Source of the DNA: Callorhinchus milii | Lineage: Eukaryota | Assembly (NCBI RefSeq): GCF_018977255.1 | Contig: NW_024704743.1 | Location: 11,472,001-11,536,000 of the forward strand | Reading direction: 5' to 3' | DNA: 64,000 nucleotides | Shown: piece by piece, positions 12,342-27,189 of the stretch | Layout: every line of letters begins with the position of its first letter | How positions within the stretch are numbered: position 1 is the first letter of the stretch | The notes under the pieces: model-generated | Seen by the model: the letters and a program-made list of their open reading frames with translations, nothing else | Databases searched by the model: none | What the model was told of the DNA's origin: nothing | Program-made: the position numbers and the translations under genes

Positions 12342-13699
12342 ACAACAACAACAAGATTCCATTTATAAAGCGCCTTTCACGTCAGGAGGACGTCCCAAGG
12401 TGCTGCACAGTTGGGTCATGACCCGAGCAGGGGGGGAAATGGTCAGGGTGAGGGGAGGGGAGGGAGCGAGGAGGGGGGAAATGGTCAGGGTGAGGGGAGG
12501 GAAGGGAGCGAGGAGGGGGGAAATGGTCAGGGTGAGGGGAGGGAAGGGAGGGAGCAAGGAGGGGGGAAATGGTCAGGGTGAGGGGAGGGAAGGGAGGGAG
12601 CGAGGAGGGGGAAGAGAGTCGAGATGGGAGCTGAAGGCTCGGTCAAAGAGAAAGGTTTTGAGACCGGCCTTGAAGGAGGAAAGGGAGGAGGCGGCGAAGG
12701 CACTGGGGGATAGAGTTCCAGAGCCTGGGGGCTGAGAGGCTGAAGGCCCGGCCACCGATGGTAGGCGGTTGGGGCGGGGGATGTGGAGCAGACCGGAGCC
12801 AGAGAAACGGAGGGTACGGGCAGGTAGGTAGGGGGATAGTAGGTTGGAGAGGTAGGAGGGAGCAAGGCCGTGAATGGCCTTGTAGGTGAGGATGAGGATC
12901 TTGAAATCAATCCTCTGGGGGATGGGGAGCCAGTGGAGGCGAGCGAGGGTGGGAGTGATGTGGTCCCGAAGCCTGGTGCGGGACAGTACACGAGCTGCAG
13001 AGTTCTGAATGACCTGCAGCTTGTGGAGGGAGGTGGCGGGAAGGCCGACGAGGAGAGAGTTCCCATAGTCCAGCCTTGAGGTGACAAAGGCGTGGACCAG
13101 GGTTTCAGCAGCGTGAGGGGTGAGGTAATGGCGTAGTCTGGCGATGTTCCGGAGGTGATGGAAGGCGGTGCCAGTTGTGGTGCGGATGTGAGGGAGAAAG
13201 GACAGCTCAGGGTCGAACAAAACACCGAGGTTCCTGACTGGCTTTGAGAGGTGGAGAGTGCAGCCTTGGATGCTGATGGTGTCAGCGCCTGAGGTGCGGA
13301 GGCGCTGACGTGAGCCAATCAGGAGGGCCTCGGTTTTTCGCACGTTGAGCTGAAGAAAGTTGTCTCTCGTCCAGGACTCGATGTCGGACAGTCAGCTGTC
13401 AGGACATCGGTGGTCGTGGAGTTGAGAGTAGAGGAGGAAAGGTAGAGTTGGGTGTCATCCGCATACATGTGGAAGTTAACTCCATGTCTGCGGATGATGT
13501 CACCACAGGGGGAGCATATAGAGGGTGAAGACGAGGGGACCAAGGACAGAGCCCTGAGGGACACCACATGAGACAGTGCGGGGGGTGGAGGAGAAGCCAT
13601 TCGTCGAGACAAAGTGAAGACGGTGAGAAAGGTACGACCTAAACCATTCAAGGACAGTGCCTTGAAGGTTGAGGTGGGAGGACAAGCGGTGGAGGAGGA
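12342..13699 (-). mobile_element. Young 5'-truncated L2 LINE (RT domain to 3' tail), frameshifted
   Basis: [56 protein letters not shown]; hairpin and (CAA)n tail; CpGs retained. Confidence 0.95.
12430..12610. repeat. About 42-bp G-rich tandem repeat (4 copies) inside the L2 3' UTR
   Basis: Unit gcgaggaggggggaaatggtcagggtgaggggagggaaggga. Confidence 0.9.
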
Positions 13700-16600
13700 A
13701 AACACATGTCACAAACACATTGAGAGATACTCACAGACACTCACAAACACAAAGACACACAGACACTCACAATCACATAGACAGACACCCACAGACATTC
13801 ACAAACAAACAGGGACACACACAGTCACTCACAAACACATAGAGAGACACATACAGATACTCACCAACACACAGAGAAACACACACAGATTCTCACAAAC
13901 ACATTGAGAGACACACACAGACACTCGTAAAAACATAGAGATACACACACACACAGATACTCACATAGAAAGACACACAAAGACATCCACAAACACATAT
14001 AGGGACACACAGAGTCACTCACAAACACAAAGACACACACAGACACTCACAAATGCATAGAGATAGAGACACCAATACTCACAAACACAGAGATATATAC
14101 CAAAACTCAAACACATAGAGAGACACACACAGAAAGAAACACATAGAGAAAAACGTACAGACACTTATGAATGCAGAGACATACACATACACTCACAAGC
14201 ACATAGACACACACAGACACTGACAAACACATAGACACGCACAAAAACTCACAAACACAGAGACACACTCACACACACTCACAAACACACAGAGCGTCAC
14301 ACAGTCACTCACAAAAATATAGACACACACAGACACTCACATAGAAAGACAAACACAGACATTCACAAACACATATAGGGACACACACAGACACTCACAA
14401 ACACAGAGATATATAACAGCACTCACAAACAAAAAGACACACACAGACATTCACAAACACATAGAGAGACACACACAGACACACACCCATACAGAGACAC
14501 ACACAGACACTCACAAACACATACAGAGAAACACACAGACACTCACAAACACACAGAGACACAAACACAGACTCTCACAAAAACATTGAGAGATACACAC
14601 AGAATCTCACAAACACCTAGAGAGATACGCACAGACAGTCACAAACACATCGAAAGACACACCCAGACAACCACAAAAGCATAGAGACACACACACACAC
14701 ACAGACACTCGCATAGAAAGACACACACAGACATTCACAAACACAGACAGAGACACACACAGACACCCACAAACACATGGAGAGATACAAACCGACACAG
14801 AGAGACACACAGGCACTCACAAAAACATAAGGAGACACACACAGACATTCACAAACACACAGAGACACACATAACAGCACAAACACAGAGATATATAACA
14901 GCACTCACTAACAAATAGAGAGACACACACAGACACTCACAAACACATAGAGAGACACACACAGACACTCACAAACACATAGAGAGATACACAGACATGC
15001 ACAAATGCGTAGAGAGACACACCAACATCCACAAAAACAAAGATATATACCAATACTCACAAACACATAGAGAGACACACACACACACACACTCACAAAC
15101 ACATTGAGAGACACTCACAGACACTCACAAACACATTGAGAGATACACACAGGTACAGAGATAGAGACACACAGACAATCACAAAAGCATAGAGATACAC
15201 ACACACACAGATAATCACATAGACAGACACCCACAGACATTCACAAACACATATAGGGACACACGCAGTCACTCACAAACCCATAGAGAGACACATGCAG
15301 ACACTCACAAACACAAAGACACCCACAGACATTCACAAACACATAGAGAGACTCACACAGACAGTCACAAACACATAGAGAGACACGCACAGACACTCAC
15401 AAACACATCGAAAGACACACACAGACAACCACAAAAGCATAGAGACACACACAGACACTCGCATAGAAAGACACACACAGACACTCACAAACACATAGAG
15501 AGACACACACAGACGCTCAGAAACACACAGAGACACACACAGACACTCAAAAACACATTGAAAAATACTCACAAACACATTGAGAGACACACACACACAC
15601 ACACACACTCACAAACACATTGAGAGACACTCACATACACTCACAAACACATAGAGAGATACACACGGACACAGGGATAGAGACACGCAGACACTCCTAA
15701 AAACATAGAGATACACACACACATACAGATACACACATAGAAAGACACACACAGACATTCACAAACACATATAGGGACACACACAGACACTCACAAATGC
15801 ATAGAGACACAGACACCAACACTCACAAACACAGATATATACCAAAACTCACAAACACACAGAGAGACACACACAGACGCTAAGAAACACATAGAGAGAA
15901 ACGTACAGACACTTATGAACGCATAGACACACACAGACACTGACAAAAACATAGACACGCACAAAAACTCACAAACACAGAGACACACACACTCACAAAC
16001 ACACAGAGAGTCACACAGACACTCACAAAAACATAGACACACACACAGGCACTCACATAGAAAGACAAACACAGACATTCACAAACACATTGACAGACAC
16101 GCACAGATATTCACAAACACATAGAGACACATATAAATACTCACAAACACAGAGATATATAAAGCACTCACAAACACATAGAGTGACACATGGACACTCA
16201 CCAACACATGGAGACACACACACACACAAACACGGACACACACGGACACTCACAAACACAAAGAGACACACAAACAGATACTCACAAACACACAGAAACA
16301 CACAGAGACTCTCACAACCACATTGAAAAACTCCCACAAACACATTGAGAGACACACACAGACACTCACAAACACATAGAGAGATACACACGGACACAGA
16401 GATAGAGACACACAGACACTCGTAATAACATAGAGATACACACTCACATAGAAAGACACACACAGACATTCACAAACACATATAGGGACAGACACTCACA
16501 AATGCATAGAGATAGAGACACCAACACTCACAAACACAGATATATACCAAAACTCACAAACACACGGAGAGACACACACAGACACTAAGAAACACATAGA

Positions 16601-19600
16601 GAGAAACATACAGACACTTATGAACACATAGACATACAGATACTCACAAACACATAGACACGCACAAAAACTCACAAACATAGAGACACACACACTCACA
16701 AACACAGTCACACAGACACTCACAAAAATACAGACACACACACAGACACTCACAAACACATCGAAAGACACACACAGACAACCACAAAAGCATAGAGACA
16801 CACACACACAGACACTCACAAACACATTGAGACACACATCACCCTGACAAACACAGAGATATATAACAGCACTCACAAAACAAATAGAGAGACACACACA
16901 GACACTCAAACACACAGAGAGACACACACAGACACTCACAAACACATAGAGAGACACACACAGACACTCACAAACACATAGAGAGACACACACAGACACT
17001 CACAAACACATAGAGAGTGACACACAGACATGCACAAATGTGTAGAGAGACACACCAACACTCACAAAAACAAAGATGTATGCCAATACTCACAAACACA
17101 TAGAGAGACACACACAGACACTTACAAACACATAGAGAGACACACAAACAGATACTCACAAACAAAGAGATACACACACTGACTCTCACAAACACATTGA
17201 AAAACACTCACAAACACATTGAGGGACACACACACACACTCAAAAACACAGAGCCACACACAGACACTCACAAATGCATAGTGAGAGACACCCCAACACG
17301 CACAAACACAGAGAGACACACACACAGACACTCACAAACACATAGAGAGATACACACACAGACATTCACAAACACACAGACACACACACACTCACAAACA
17401 CATTGAGAGACACTCACAAACACAAAGACACACACAGACACCCGCAAACACATAGGGAGACACAAACAGACACTCACCAACACACAGAGAAACACACACA
17501 AACTCTCACAAACACATTGAGAGACACTCACAGACACAAAGACACACACAGACACTCACAAACACACAGACACACATAACACTCACAAACACATAGAGAG
17601 ACACACACAGACACTGACACAAAGAGAGACACACAAACAGATACTCACAAACACATTGAAAAACACTCACAAACACATTGTGAGACACACACACACTCAC
17701 AAACACATTGAGAGACACTCACAGACACTCACAAAAACACAGACACACGCACACAAACTCACAAACACACCGAAAGACACACAGACAACCACAAAAGCAT
17801 AGAGACACACACATACAGACACTCACAAACACATAGAGAGACACACACAGACACTCACAAACACATAGAGAGACACACACAGACACACACAAACACATAG
17901 AGAGACACATACAGACATTCACAAACACGGAGGGACACACAGACACTCACAAACACAAAGACACACACAGACACTCACAAACACATAGAGAGACACACAG
18001 AGACACTCAGAAACACATAGAGAGATACAAACAGACACTCAAAAACACGTAGAGAGACACACAAACAGATACTCACACACAGAGACACACACAGACTCAC
18101 AAACACATTGAAAAACACTCACAAACACATTGAGACACACACACACACACTCACAAACACATTGAGAGACACTCACAAACACAAAGACACACACAGACAC
18201 CCGCAAACACATAGGGAGACACAAACAGACACTCACCAACACACAGAGAAACACACACAAACTCTCACAAACACATTGAGAGACACTCACAGACACAAAG
18301 ACACACACAGACACTCACAAACACATAGAGACACACACACAGACATTAACAAACACACAGACACACATAACACTTACAAACACATAGAGAGACACACACA
18401 GACACTGACACATAGAAAGACACACAAACAGATACTCACAAACATAAAGACACACACAGACACTCACAAACACATAGAGAGACACACAGAGACACTCAGA
18501 AACACATATAGAGATACAAACAGACACTCAAAAACACGTAGAGAGACACACAAACAGATACTCACACACAGAGACACACACAGACTCACAAACACATTGA
18601 AAAACACTCACAAACACATTGAGACACACACACACACTCACAAACACATTGAGAGACACTCACAAACACAAAGACACACACAGACACCCGCAAACACATA
18701 GGGAGACACAAACAGACACTCACCAACACACAGAGAAACACACACAAACTCTCACAAACACATTGAGAGACACTCACAGACACAAAGACACACACAGACA
18801 CTCACAAACACATAGAGAGATACACACACAGACATTCACAAACACACAGACACACATTACACTCACAAACACATAGAGAGACACACACAGACACTGACAC
18901 ATAGAGAGACACACAAACAGATACTCACAAACACATTGAAAAACACTCACAGACACTCACAAAAACACAGACACATGCACAAAAACTCACAAACACACCG
19001 AAAGACACACAGACAACCACAAAAGCATAGAGACACACACATACAGACACTCACAAACACATAGAGAGACACACACAGACACTCACAAACACATAGAGAC
19101 ACACACAGACACACACCCATACAGAGACACACACAGACACTCACAAACACATTGAGAGACACACACAGACACTCACAATCACACAGAGACACACCCTGAC
19201 AAACACAGAGATATATAACAGCACTCACAAACAAACAGAGAGACACACAGAGACACTCAAACACACAGAGAGACACACACAGACACTCACAAACACATAG
19301 AGAGAGACACACAGACATGCACAAATCACACAGACTCACAATCACACAGAGACACACCCTGACAAACACAGAGATATATAACAGCACTCACAAACAAACA
19401 GAGAGACACACACAGACACTCACAAACACATAGAGAGACACACACAGACACTCACAAACACATAGAGAGAGACACACAGACATGCACAAATGTGTAGAGA
19501 GACACACCAACACTCACAAAAACAAAAATGTATGCCAATACTCACAAACACATAGAGAGACACACACAGACACTCACAAACACATAGAGAGACACACAAA

Positions 19601-21467
19601 CAGATACTCACAAACACAGAGATACACACACTGACTCTCACAAACACATTGAAAAACACTCACAAACACATTGAGAGACACACACACACACACACACTCA
19701 CAAACACATTGAGAGACACACACAGACACTCAAAAACACAGAGCCACACACAGACACCCACAAATGCATAGTGAGAGACACCCCAACACGCACAAACACA
19801 GAGAGACACACACACAGACACTCACAAACACATAGAGAGATACACACACAGACATTCACAAACACACAGACACACACACACTCACAAACACATTGAGAGA
19901 CACTCACAAACACAAAGACACACACAGACACCCGCAAACACATAGGCAGACACAAACAGACACTCACCAACACACAGAGAAACACACACAAACTCTCACA
20001 AACACATTGAGAGACACTCACAGACACACAGACACTCACAAACACACAGACACACATAACACTCACAAACACATAGAGAGACACACACAGACACTGACAC
20101 AAAGAGAGACACACAAACAGATACTCACAAACACATTGAAAAACACTCACAAACACATTGTGAGACACACACACACTCACAAACACATTGAGAGACACTC
20201 ACAGACACTCACAAAACACAGACACACGCACACAAACTCACAAACACACCGAAAGACACACAGACAACCACAAAAGCATAGAGACACACACATACAGACA
20301 CTCACAACACATAGAGAGACACACACAGACACTCACAAACACATAGAGAGACACACACAGACACACACAAACACATAGAGAGACACATACAGACATTCAC
20401 AAACACGGAGGGACACACAGACACTCACAAACACAAAGACACACACAGACACTCACAAACACATAGAGAGACACACAGAGACACTCAGAAACACATAGAG
20501 AGATACAAACAGACACTCAAAAACACGTAGAGAGACACACAAACAGATACTCACACACAGAGACACACACACAGACTCACAAACACATTGAAAAACACTC
20601 ACAAACACATTGAGACACACACACACACTCACAAACACATTGAGAGACACTCACAAACACAAAGACACACACAGACACCCGCAAACACATAGGGAGACAC
20701 AAACAGACACTCACCAACACACAGAGAAACACACACAAACTCTCACAAACACATTGAGAGACACTCACAGACACAAAGACACACACAGACACTCACAAAC
20801 ACATAGAGAGACACACAGACATTCACAAACACATAGAGAGACAGAGACACTCACAAACATGGAGAGAGACATACACCTACACTCACAAACACACAGAGAT
20901 ACATAAATGCTCACAAACACATAGAGAGACACACAGATACTCACAAAAACACAAGAGACACACACAGCCACTTACAAAACACACACAGACACTCACATGG
21001 AGAGACACACACCGACACTCACATAGAGAGACACAGACACTCACATAGAGAGGCACACACAGACACTCACAAACACGTAGAGAGATACACACAGACACTC
21101 ACAAAAACAGAGAGACACAGACATACACTCACCAATGCAGAGAGAGACACACACAGATACTCACAAACACAGTGATACACAAACACTCACAAATGCATGG
21201 AGAGAGACACACAGACACTCACACGCACATAGCGAAATACAGAGCGAGAAACACACACAGAGAGACTCACAAATACAGAGACACACACACACTCACAAAC
21301 ACATAGAGAGACACACAGACACTCACAAACACAGACACACAGACACTCACAAACACAGAGACACAGACACTCACAAACACACAGAGAGAGATACACACAC
21401 AGACACTCAAACATAGAGACACAGACACTCACAAACACAGAGACACACACAGACACTCACAAACACT

Positions 21468-23028
21468 CAGAGCCCGCTGAGCGCAGGGAGCGAACAGGGT
21501 GGTAGCGGATTAGGAGGTTGGAGAGGTAGGGGGAGCAAGACCATGGAGGGCTTGAAGGTGAGGACCAGGATCTTGAACTGTATCCTCTGTGTGATGGGAA
21601 GCCAGTGGAGTTGGGCAAGGATGGGGGTAATAGGGTCACAGATCCCAGTGCGGGAGAGGACATGGGCTGCAGTTCTGGATGATCTGCAGTCTGTGGAGGG
21701 AGTTGTTGGGGAGGCCGACAAGCAGTGAGTTTGCATAGTCGAGCCTCGATGCAATGAAAGCATGTATGAGGGTTTTGGCGGCCTGTGCTGTGAGACAATG
21801 GCAGAGCCGGGCAATGTTGCGGAAGTGGGGGAAGGTAGAGCGGGTCATGGCGCAGATGTGGGGTAGAGAGAATAGTTGACGGTCAAACAATACCCCATGG
21901 TTCCGGACCGGCTTAGCAAGGTGGGGTGTGCCACCATTGATGGTGATGCTGTCAGCGCCTGAGGTGTGGAGGCGCTGACGGGAGCCAATCAGGAGAGCCT
22001 CGGTCTTGTTGATGTTCAACTGAAGAAAGTTAGCTCTCATCCAGGACTTAATAATAATAATCCTGGCATTTGATATAGCGCTTTTCACTTCAGGAGGACG
22101 TCCCAAAGCGCTTCACAGAACACACTGTAAAGTGAATTGACTGTATATTTGTGGGCGAACGCGGCAGCACAGCAATGTCCCACAAACAGTCGTAGATTGA
22201 AAATGACCAATTTATTATTGTTTTTGTTTTGGAGGGATTATTATTAGGCTCTGTGTGGAGTAAGGAAACTTGCCCAAGGTTTCGCCCTCTGCCTGGAATT
22301 GAGGTCTCTCACTTGTGAAGCGAGTGTTCTAACCATTCTGTCAGGACAGCAGTGGTCCTGGAGTTGAGGGTGGAGGCAGAAAGATAGAGTTGGGTGTCAT
22401 CCGCATACATGTGGAAGTTGACCCCATGTCTGTGGAAGTTGACCCCATGTCTGCGGATGATGTCACCAAGAGGGAGCATATAGATGTTGAAGAGAAGGGG
22501 ACCAAGGACAGAGTCCTGAAGAATGCCACATGAGATGGTCCGGGTTCTAGAGGAGAAGCCGTTTGAGGAGATGAAGTGCAGGTGGTGTGAGCAGTACGAT
22601 TTGAACCAATCAAGGACAGCGCCGTGGAGGTTGAAGTGAGAGGAGAGGCGGTGGATGAGGATCGAGTGGTCAATGGTGTCGAAAGCAGCGGAGAGGTCAA
22701 GGAAGACGAGGAGGCAGAGGACAGGGAGAGGTACAGACACTCACAAACACCCTGGTCGCAGCTTGACAGAATGTCATTTGTCACTTTGATCAGGGCAGTT
22801 TCTGTGTTGTGGGCACCATGGAAGCCCGAGTGGAGGGGTTCGAGAAGGGAGTGGTAGGAGCGAAAGGAGCAGAGCTGAAAAGCAACAACTCATTCCAGGA
22901 CCTTGGAGAGGATGGAGAGGTTGGAGATGGGACGGTAGTTAGGGAGTAGAGAAGGGTCCAGGCAGGGTTAGGAGTGATGACAGCAGTTTTTAAAGGGGTC
23001 GGAACAGTACCAGAGGACAGGGAGAGGT
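21468..23028 (-). mobile_element. L2 LINE RT region, interrupted by a SINE (22050-22333)
   Basis: [59 protein letters not shown]. Confidence 0.92.
22050..22333 (-). mobile_element. tRNA-derived SINE (young subfamily, 5'-truncated)
   Basis: Reverse-complement body and tail match 53977-54302. Confidence 0.88.
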
Positions 23029-23470
23029 ACAGACACTCACAAACACATAGAGAGACACACACAGACACTCACGAACACATAGCGAGAAACACACAGACAC
23101 TCACAAACACATAGAGAAACACACACACACTCACAAACACATAGAGAGACACACACAGACACTCACGAACACATAGCGAGAAACGCACAGACACTCACAA
23201 ACACAGAGATACACAAACACTCACAAACACATAGAGAGAGAGAGAGACACACACAAACACACAGACAGAGACACACACAGACACTCACAAACACACAGAT
23301 ACACACGTACACTCACAAACACATGGAGAGACACACACAGACACACACAAACACAGAAAGAGATACACGTAGACACAGAGAGACACACACATACACACAC
23401 AAACACAGAGACACACAGACACTCACAAATGCATAGAGAGAGCCACACAGGCATACACAAACACACAGAG
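23029..23470. repeat. CA-rich minisatellite, distal part
   Basis: Same CTCACAAACACA(T)AGAG units as the main array. Confidence 0.9.
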
Positions 23471-23589
23471 GGACAGAAACTTACTTTCTATTGGTCCAGG
23501 CAATGAGAAATGATTTGAAAAGCTAGGGATCTTCAGTCTTGAGAGAAGACTCACCAACAGAACCACACCTCACCATACAACTTGTGTGG

Positions 23590-24420
23590 GTGGGGGAGGG
23601 TGTCTCCTCGGAGCTGAACAAGCTCCAAGGTGACATGCCTGGCAATGGAATGTCGGATTGTGCCAGCTCTCTGTGGCCATCTCTGTAGTCCAGTTTCTGA
23701 GCCAGGCTGGTCTGCAGTATTGCAGGGCACTGCTGATGTCAGTACAGTACAGCCTGGCTCATCGGCAGGACCTGGAAGGACAGACCAGTCACTGGGAACA
23801 GAGAATCCTCCCACCGTTAACCCTGCAAACCAAATCCCTAACGGGTAGAGTGGTCCTAGCTGGACAAGCAGCGGGAAAGCTTGCCAATATCAATGATAAG
23901 TTATATGGTTTTAGCTGGTTAGACTCCAGCAGTACTCCAATATACTCTGGAGTCCCCAAGCCTTGGCTCTTGCCAATCTGCGCCTAAATACTAAATAGTC
24001 CAGAATTAAGAATTTAAGAATTAAATAAGCAAGATGTGTGGAAAGGGCGAAACCTTGGGCAAGTTTCCTTACTCCACGCCTGATAATAATCGCTCAAGAA
24101 AAAACACAATAATAATAAAATTGGTCACTTCAATTCACAACTGTTTGTGGGACACTGCTGTGCGCAATTGGCTACCACGTTTCGACCACAAATATACAGT
24201 CTATTCACTTTGCAATATATTCTGTGAAGCGCTTTGAGACATCTAGAAGACGTGAAAAGCGCTATATCAAATGCAAGGATTATTGTTATTATTATTCCAT
24301 TCCAACAATCTATCGCTGGAATTTCTGTAGGTGGGATTCATGGAATTCTCAATTTGGTTTGGAGACTCTTAAAAATGGTGATGGATTTCTGCATGTGTCA
24401 AACACCCAGCTGACCAAAAA
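23590..24420 (+). repeat. Unclassified dispersed repeat, copy B (interrupted by a SINE at about 24045-24295)
   Basis: Colinear with 38555-39085 (gtggtcctagc.ggacaagcagcgggaaa, ggttttagctggttag, ccccaagcct.ggctcttgccaa, ggtgatgg.tt.ctgcatgtgtca). Confidence 0.75.
24045..24295 (+). mobile_element. tRNA-derived SINE, headless
   Basis: agggcgaaaccttgggcaag through the TAGAA-loop hairpin and tail. Confidence 0.85.
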
Positions 24421-26104
24421 ACCCACCTTGGATTGCATAACAATGCCAGACCTTGACACCGAGCCAGGGAGAGGAAGGAGTTGCCCCCTCTTTGCTTGTC
24501 TTCAGATGTGGAGGGAGCAAGATGAAAGGATTGAGGAAGGGAGTTCCAGAGTCTTGGGGTGTAGTGGTTGAAAGCACCTCCACCGCTGGTGGAACAGAGG
24601 GGACAAATGATGTTCACGAGGCCTGAGCCGGCTGAGTGAAGGGTCCGAGTATTGCAGTGTGTTGTGAGCAGGTTACAGAGGTAGGGAGGTACCAGGGCTC
24701 CTTACCTCTCAAGTGAATTGCACACGTGAGGTGGCTGTATTAAAGGTTCACGGGTCACTGGCAATATGGAAAGAGATCAAGAATCACTGGCACTTCAGAG
24801 GTGGGGTGGGGGTCACTGGCTTCTGTGAGTGAGGATCACTGGCTTCTGTGAGGGTTGTTCACTGACAGCCCGGGAGCCGGGGGTGGGGGGATCAATGGAA
24901 GTGTAGAGTGTGCAATGCTTAACCACAGGCTGGGAATTGGCAGATTTATTAATGTGGCTCGCAACTCTATTGTTAGAAGTTAATTTAATTGCTGGAGGAA
25001 AGCAATCTGACAGCAGCACTGACAGTATTAATAAACTCACTGCTCCCAGTGGGGGCTCTACATCCACACTGAGCCACTCAGCCTCAGTTCTGGGTAAATG
25101 GATAGTGGCCTGGGCAGGTCTCCAATTCCCTCCCTGTCTTCCTCAGCTACAATATTTAGGACAAGCATGAGCCAAGTGGAGATAATAATAATCTTTGCAT
25201 TTGATATAGCACCTTATCGAGTCTTCTAGACGTCACAAAGTGCTTCACAGAATATACTGTAAAGTGAATTGACTATATTTTTGTGGGCAAAATGCAGCAA
25301 ATATCCAAAGGCATGCAAATTGCTCCTATAGCTTAGTGGTTAGAGCCCTTGCCTCGCAAACGAGAGAACCCAACTATTTGTGGGACACTCTGAGCTAGAA
25401 GGTTGTGTGGGGAGCTTGCGTCAGGCTCAGGTTGGATAACGTCAGGTTGGCTAGTGCAGGAAGTGGGAGAGGAAGTCAAGTTACTACCATCAGAGGTAGC
25501 GATGGGATGAGACCATGGAGCCATCTGAAGATGAGGACTAGAGTCTTAAAGACGATCTATTGGGGGTCAGAAACCCAGTAGGAACCCGGTTGTTAGTTGA
25601 TTGGCGGATTGCTTTCCGAGTGTAATAATCCATTCAAAAAACACGAAATTTGGTCACTCAATCCACAACTGTTTGTGGGACACTGCTGTGCACAATTGGC
25701 TGCCACGTTGCATCCACAAAATAGTCAATTAATTTTACAATATATTCTGTAAAGCTCCTAGAGACGTCTCAATGACTTGATAAGGAGTTATATGAAATGC
25801 AAAGATTATTGTTACTGTAAAGTGTAGTGACCATGCATTATGTCTGCAGGTAAACACAGCAGCCAGTTTGCACACAGCGATTGTCCCCACAAAACAGTCA
25901 TGTGGTGAATGACTGATTATATCTGGGGATTAATTCATCTAATGTAGTTCTTTAACAAGGTGTGCGAGCAGCGGGGCTCCCAAAACAGCCTCTTATGGAA
26001 CTCTGCCAGTCTCTGGCCCCAGAGAGAGATCTTTCCATCACCTTGTGCTTCCCATTGTTAAGCACTTTGCCTCTGATGAAATGCCATTAATAGTAAAAAA
26101 ATAA

Positions 26105-26400
26105 CAATCAACAACAACAAATTACATTTGTATAGCACCTTTCACATCAGGAGCACTTCTCAAGACAATCAGGGATTTGGACCTAAGCTGGTGGTTGGGA
26201 TCAGGAGAGGTGGAGGGCAGGGAGGGGAGGAGGGTGACCAAAGGTGCACAGAGGAGGGTCTTGAAATGTGCCTTGAAGGAGGTAAGGGAGGGAGCTAGAC
26301 AAAGGGACTGTGGGATGGAGTTCCAAAGGGACAGAGGCTGAAGGCCCAGCCATCGATGGTGAGGCGGGCCGGGCAGGGGACATGGAGAAGGCCAGAGGAC
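26105..26400 (-). mobile_element. L2 3' fragment
   Basis: (CAA)n tail, aattacatttgtatagcacc and L2 3' coding remnant. Confidence 0.75.
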
Positions 26401-26744
26401 TAAGTGGAGGAAGTTACGGTTGAAAACAAATATAATTAAAATTCTTGCATTTGATACAGCGTCTCATCACATCGAAACATCCAAAAGGGGCTTCGCTGAG
26501 TTTTGTTTCCTATAAAGTGTAACAACTATAATGAGTATTTTGTGGGCCCACCCTGCAGCCAGTTTGCACACAGAAATATCCATCATATTAATGATGGATT
26601 TGACAAGGGGGATCATGGCCAGGACATCAGGTGAAACAACCTTTAGGTGTTAAGATATGAGGGTTTTTGATAGAGTCAATAAGGAGAAATTATTTCCACT
26701 GCTCGGTGGTTGCCAGTAACTAGAGGGCATCGATTTAAGATATT

Positions 26745-27112
26745 AATAATCATTGCATTTGATATAGCACCTTATCACGTCTTTAAGATGTCTCAAAGTG
26801 CTTCACAGAATATACTGTAAAGTGAATTGACTGTATATTTTTGGGGTGAACCGCGGCAACCAAATGCACACAGCAACATCCCACAAACAGTCGTGGATTG
26901 AGTGACCAAATTATTAGTATTATTTTTTTTGAGGGATTATTACCCCAGAAAAGTGATCTGCCAATCAACTAACAACCAGGTTCCTACTTACTGCCATTAT
27001 AGAGGCATGTGGAGTAAGGAAACTTGCCCAACATTTCATCCTGACGAAAATCAAACCCAGGTCTCCTATCTTGCGAGGCGAGTGCTCCAACCACTGAGCT
27101 ATAGAACTCCAC
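26745..27112 (-). mobile_element. tRNA-derived SINE (older long form)
   Basis: Complete reverse-complement copy with CGC anticodon. Confidence 0.85.
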
Positions 27113-27189
27113 AAATAGTTGTTAAATGAGCAAACAGGGAGGCTGGGAAAAATTTCTTTAGACACAGAGTAGTTAGGATTTGGATTACA

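Larger units (their letters stand above)
9800..21467. repeat. CA-rich minisatellite array (core about CTCACAAACACATAGAGAGACACACACAGACA), interrupted by L2/SINE insertions
   Basis: Hundreds of variant units at 9800-10660, 11485-12340 and 13700-21467; continues at 23029-23470. Confidence 0.95.

Noticed and set aside
9738..23466. Many H/T/R-rich and C/V-rich ORFs
   Set aside because: They are translations of the CA/TG minisatellite, with no splice structure or domain signature.
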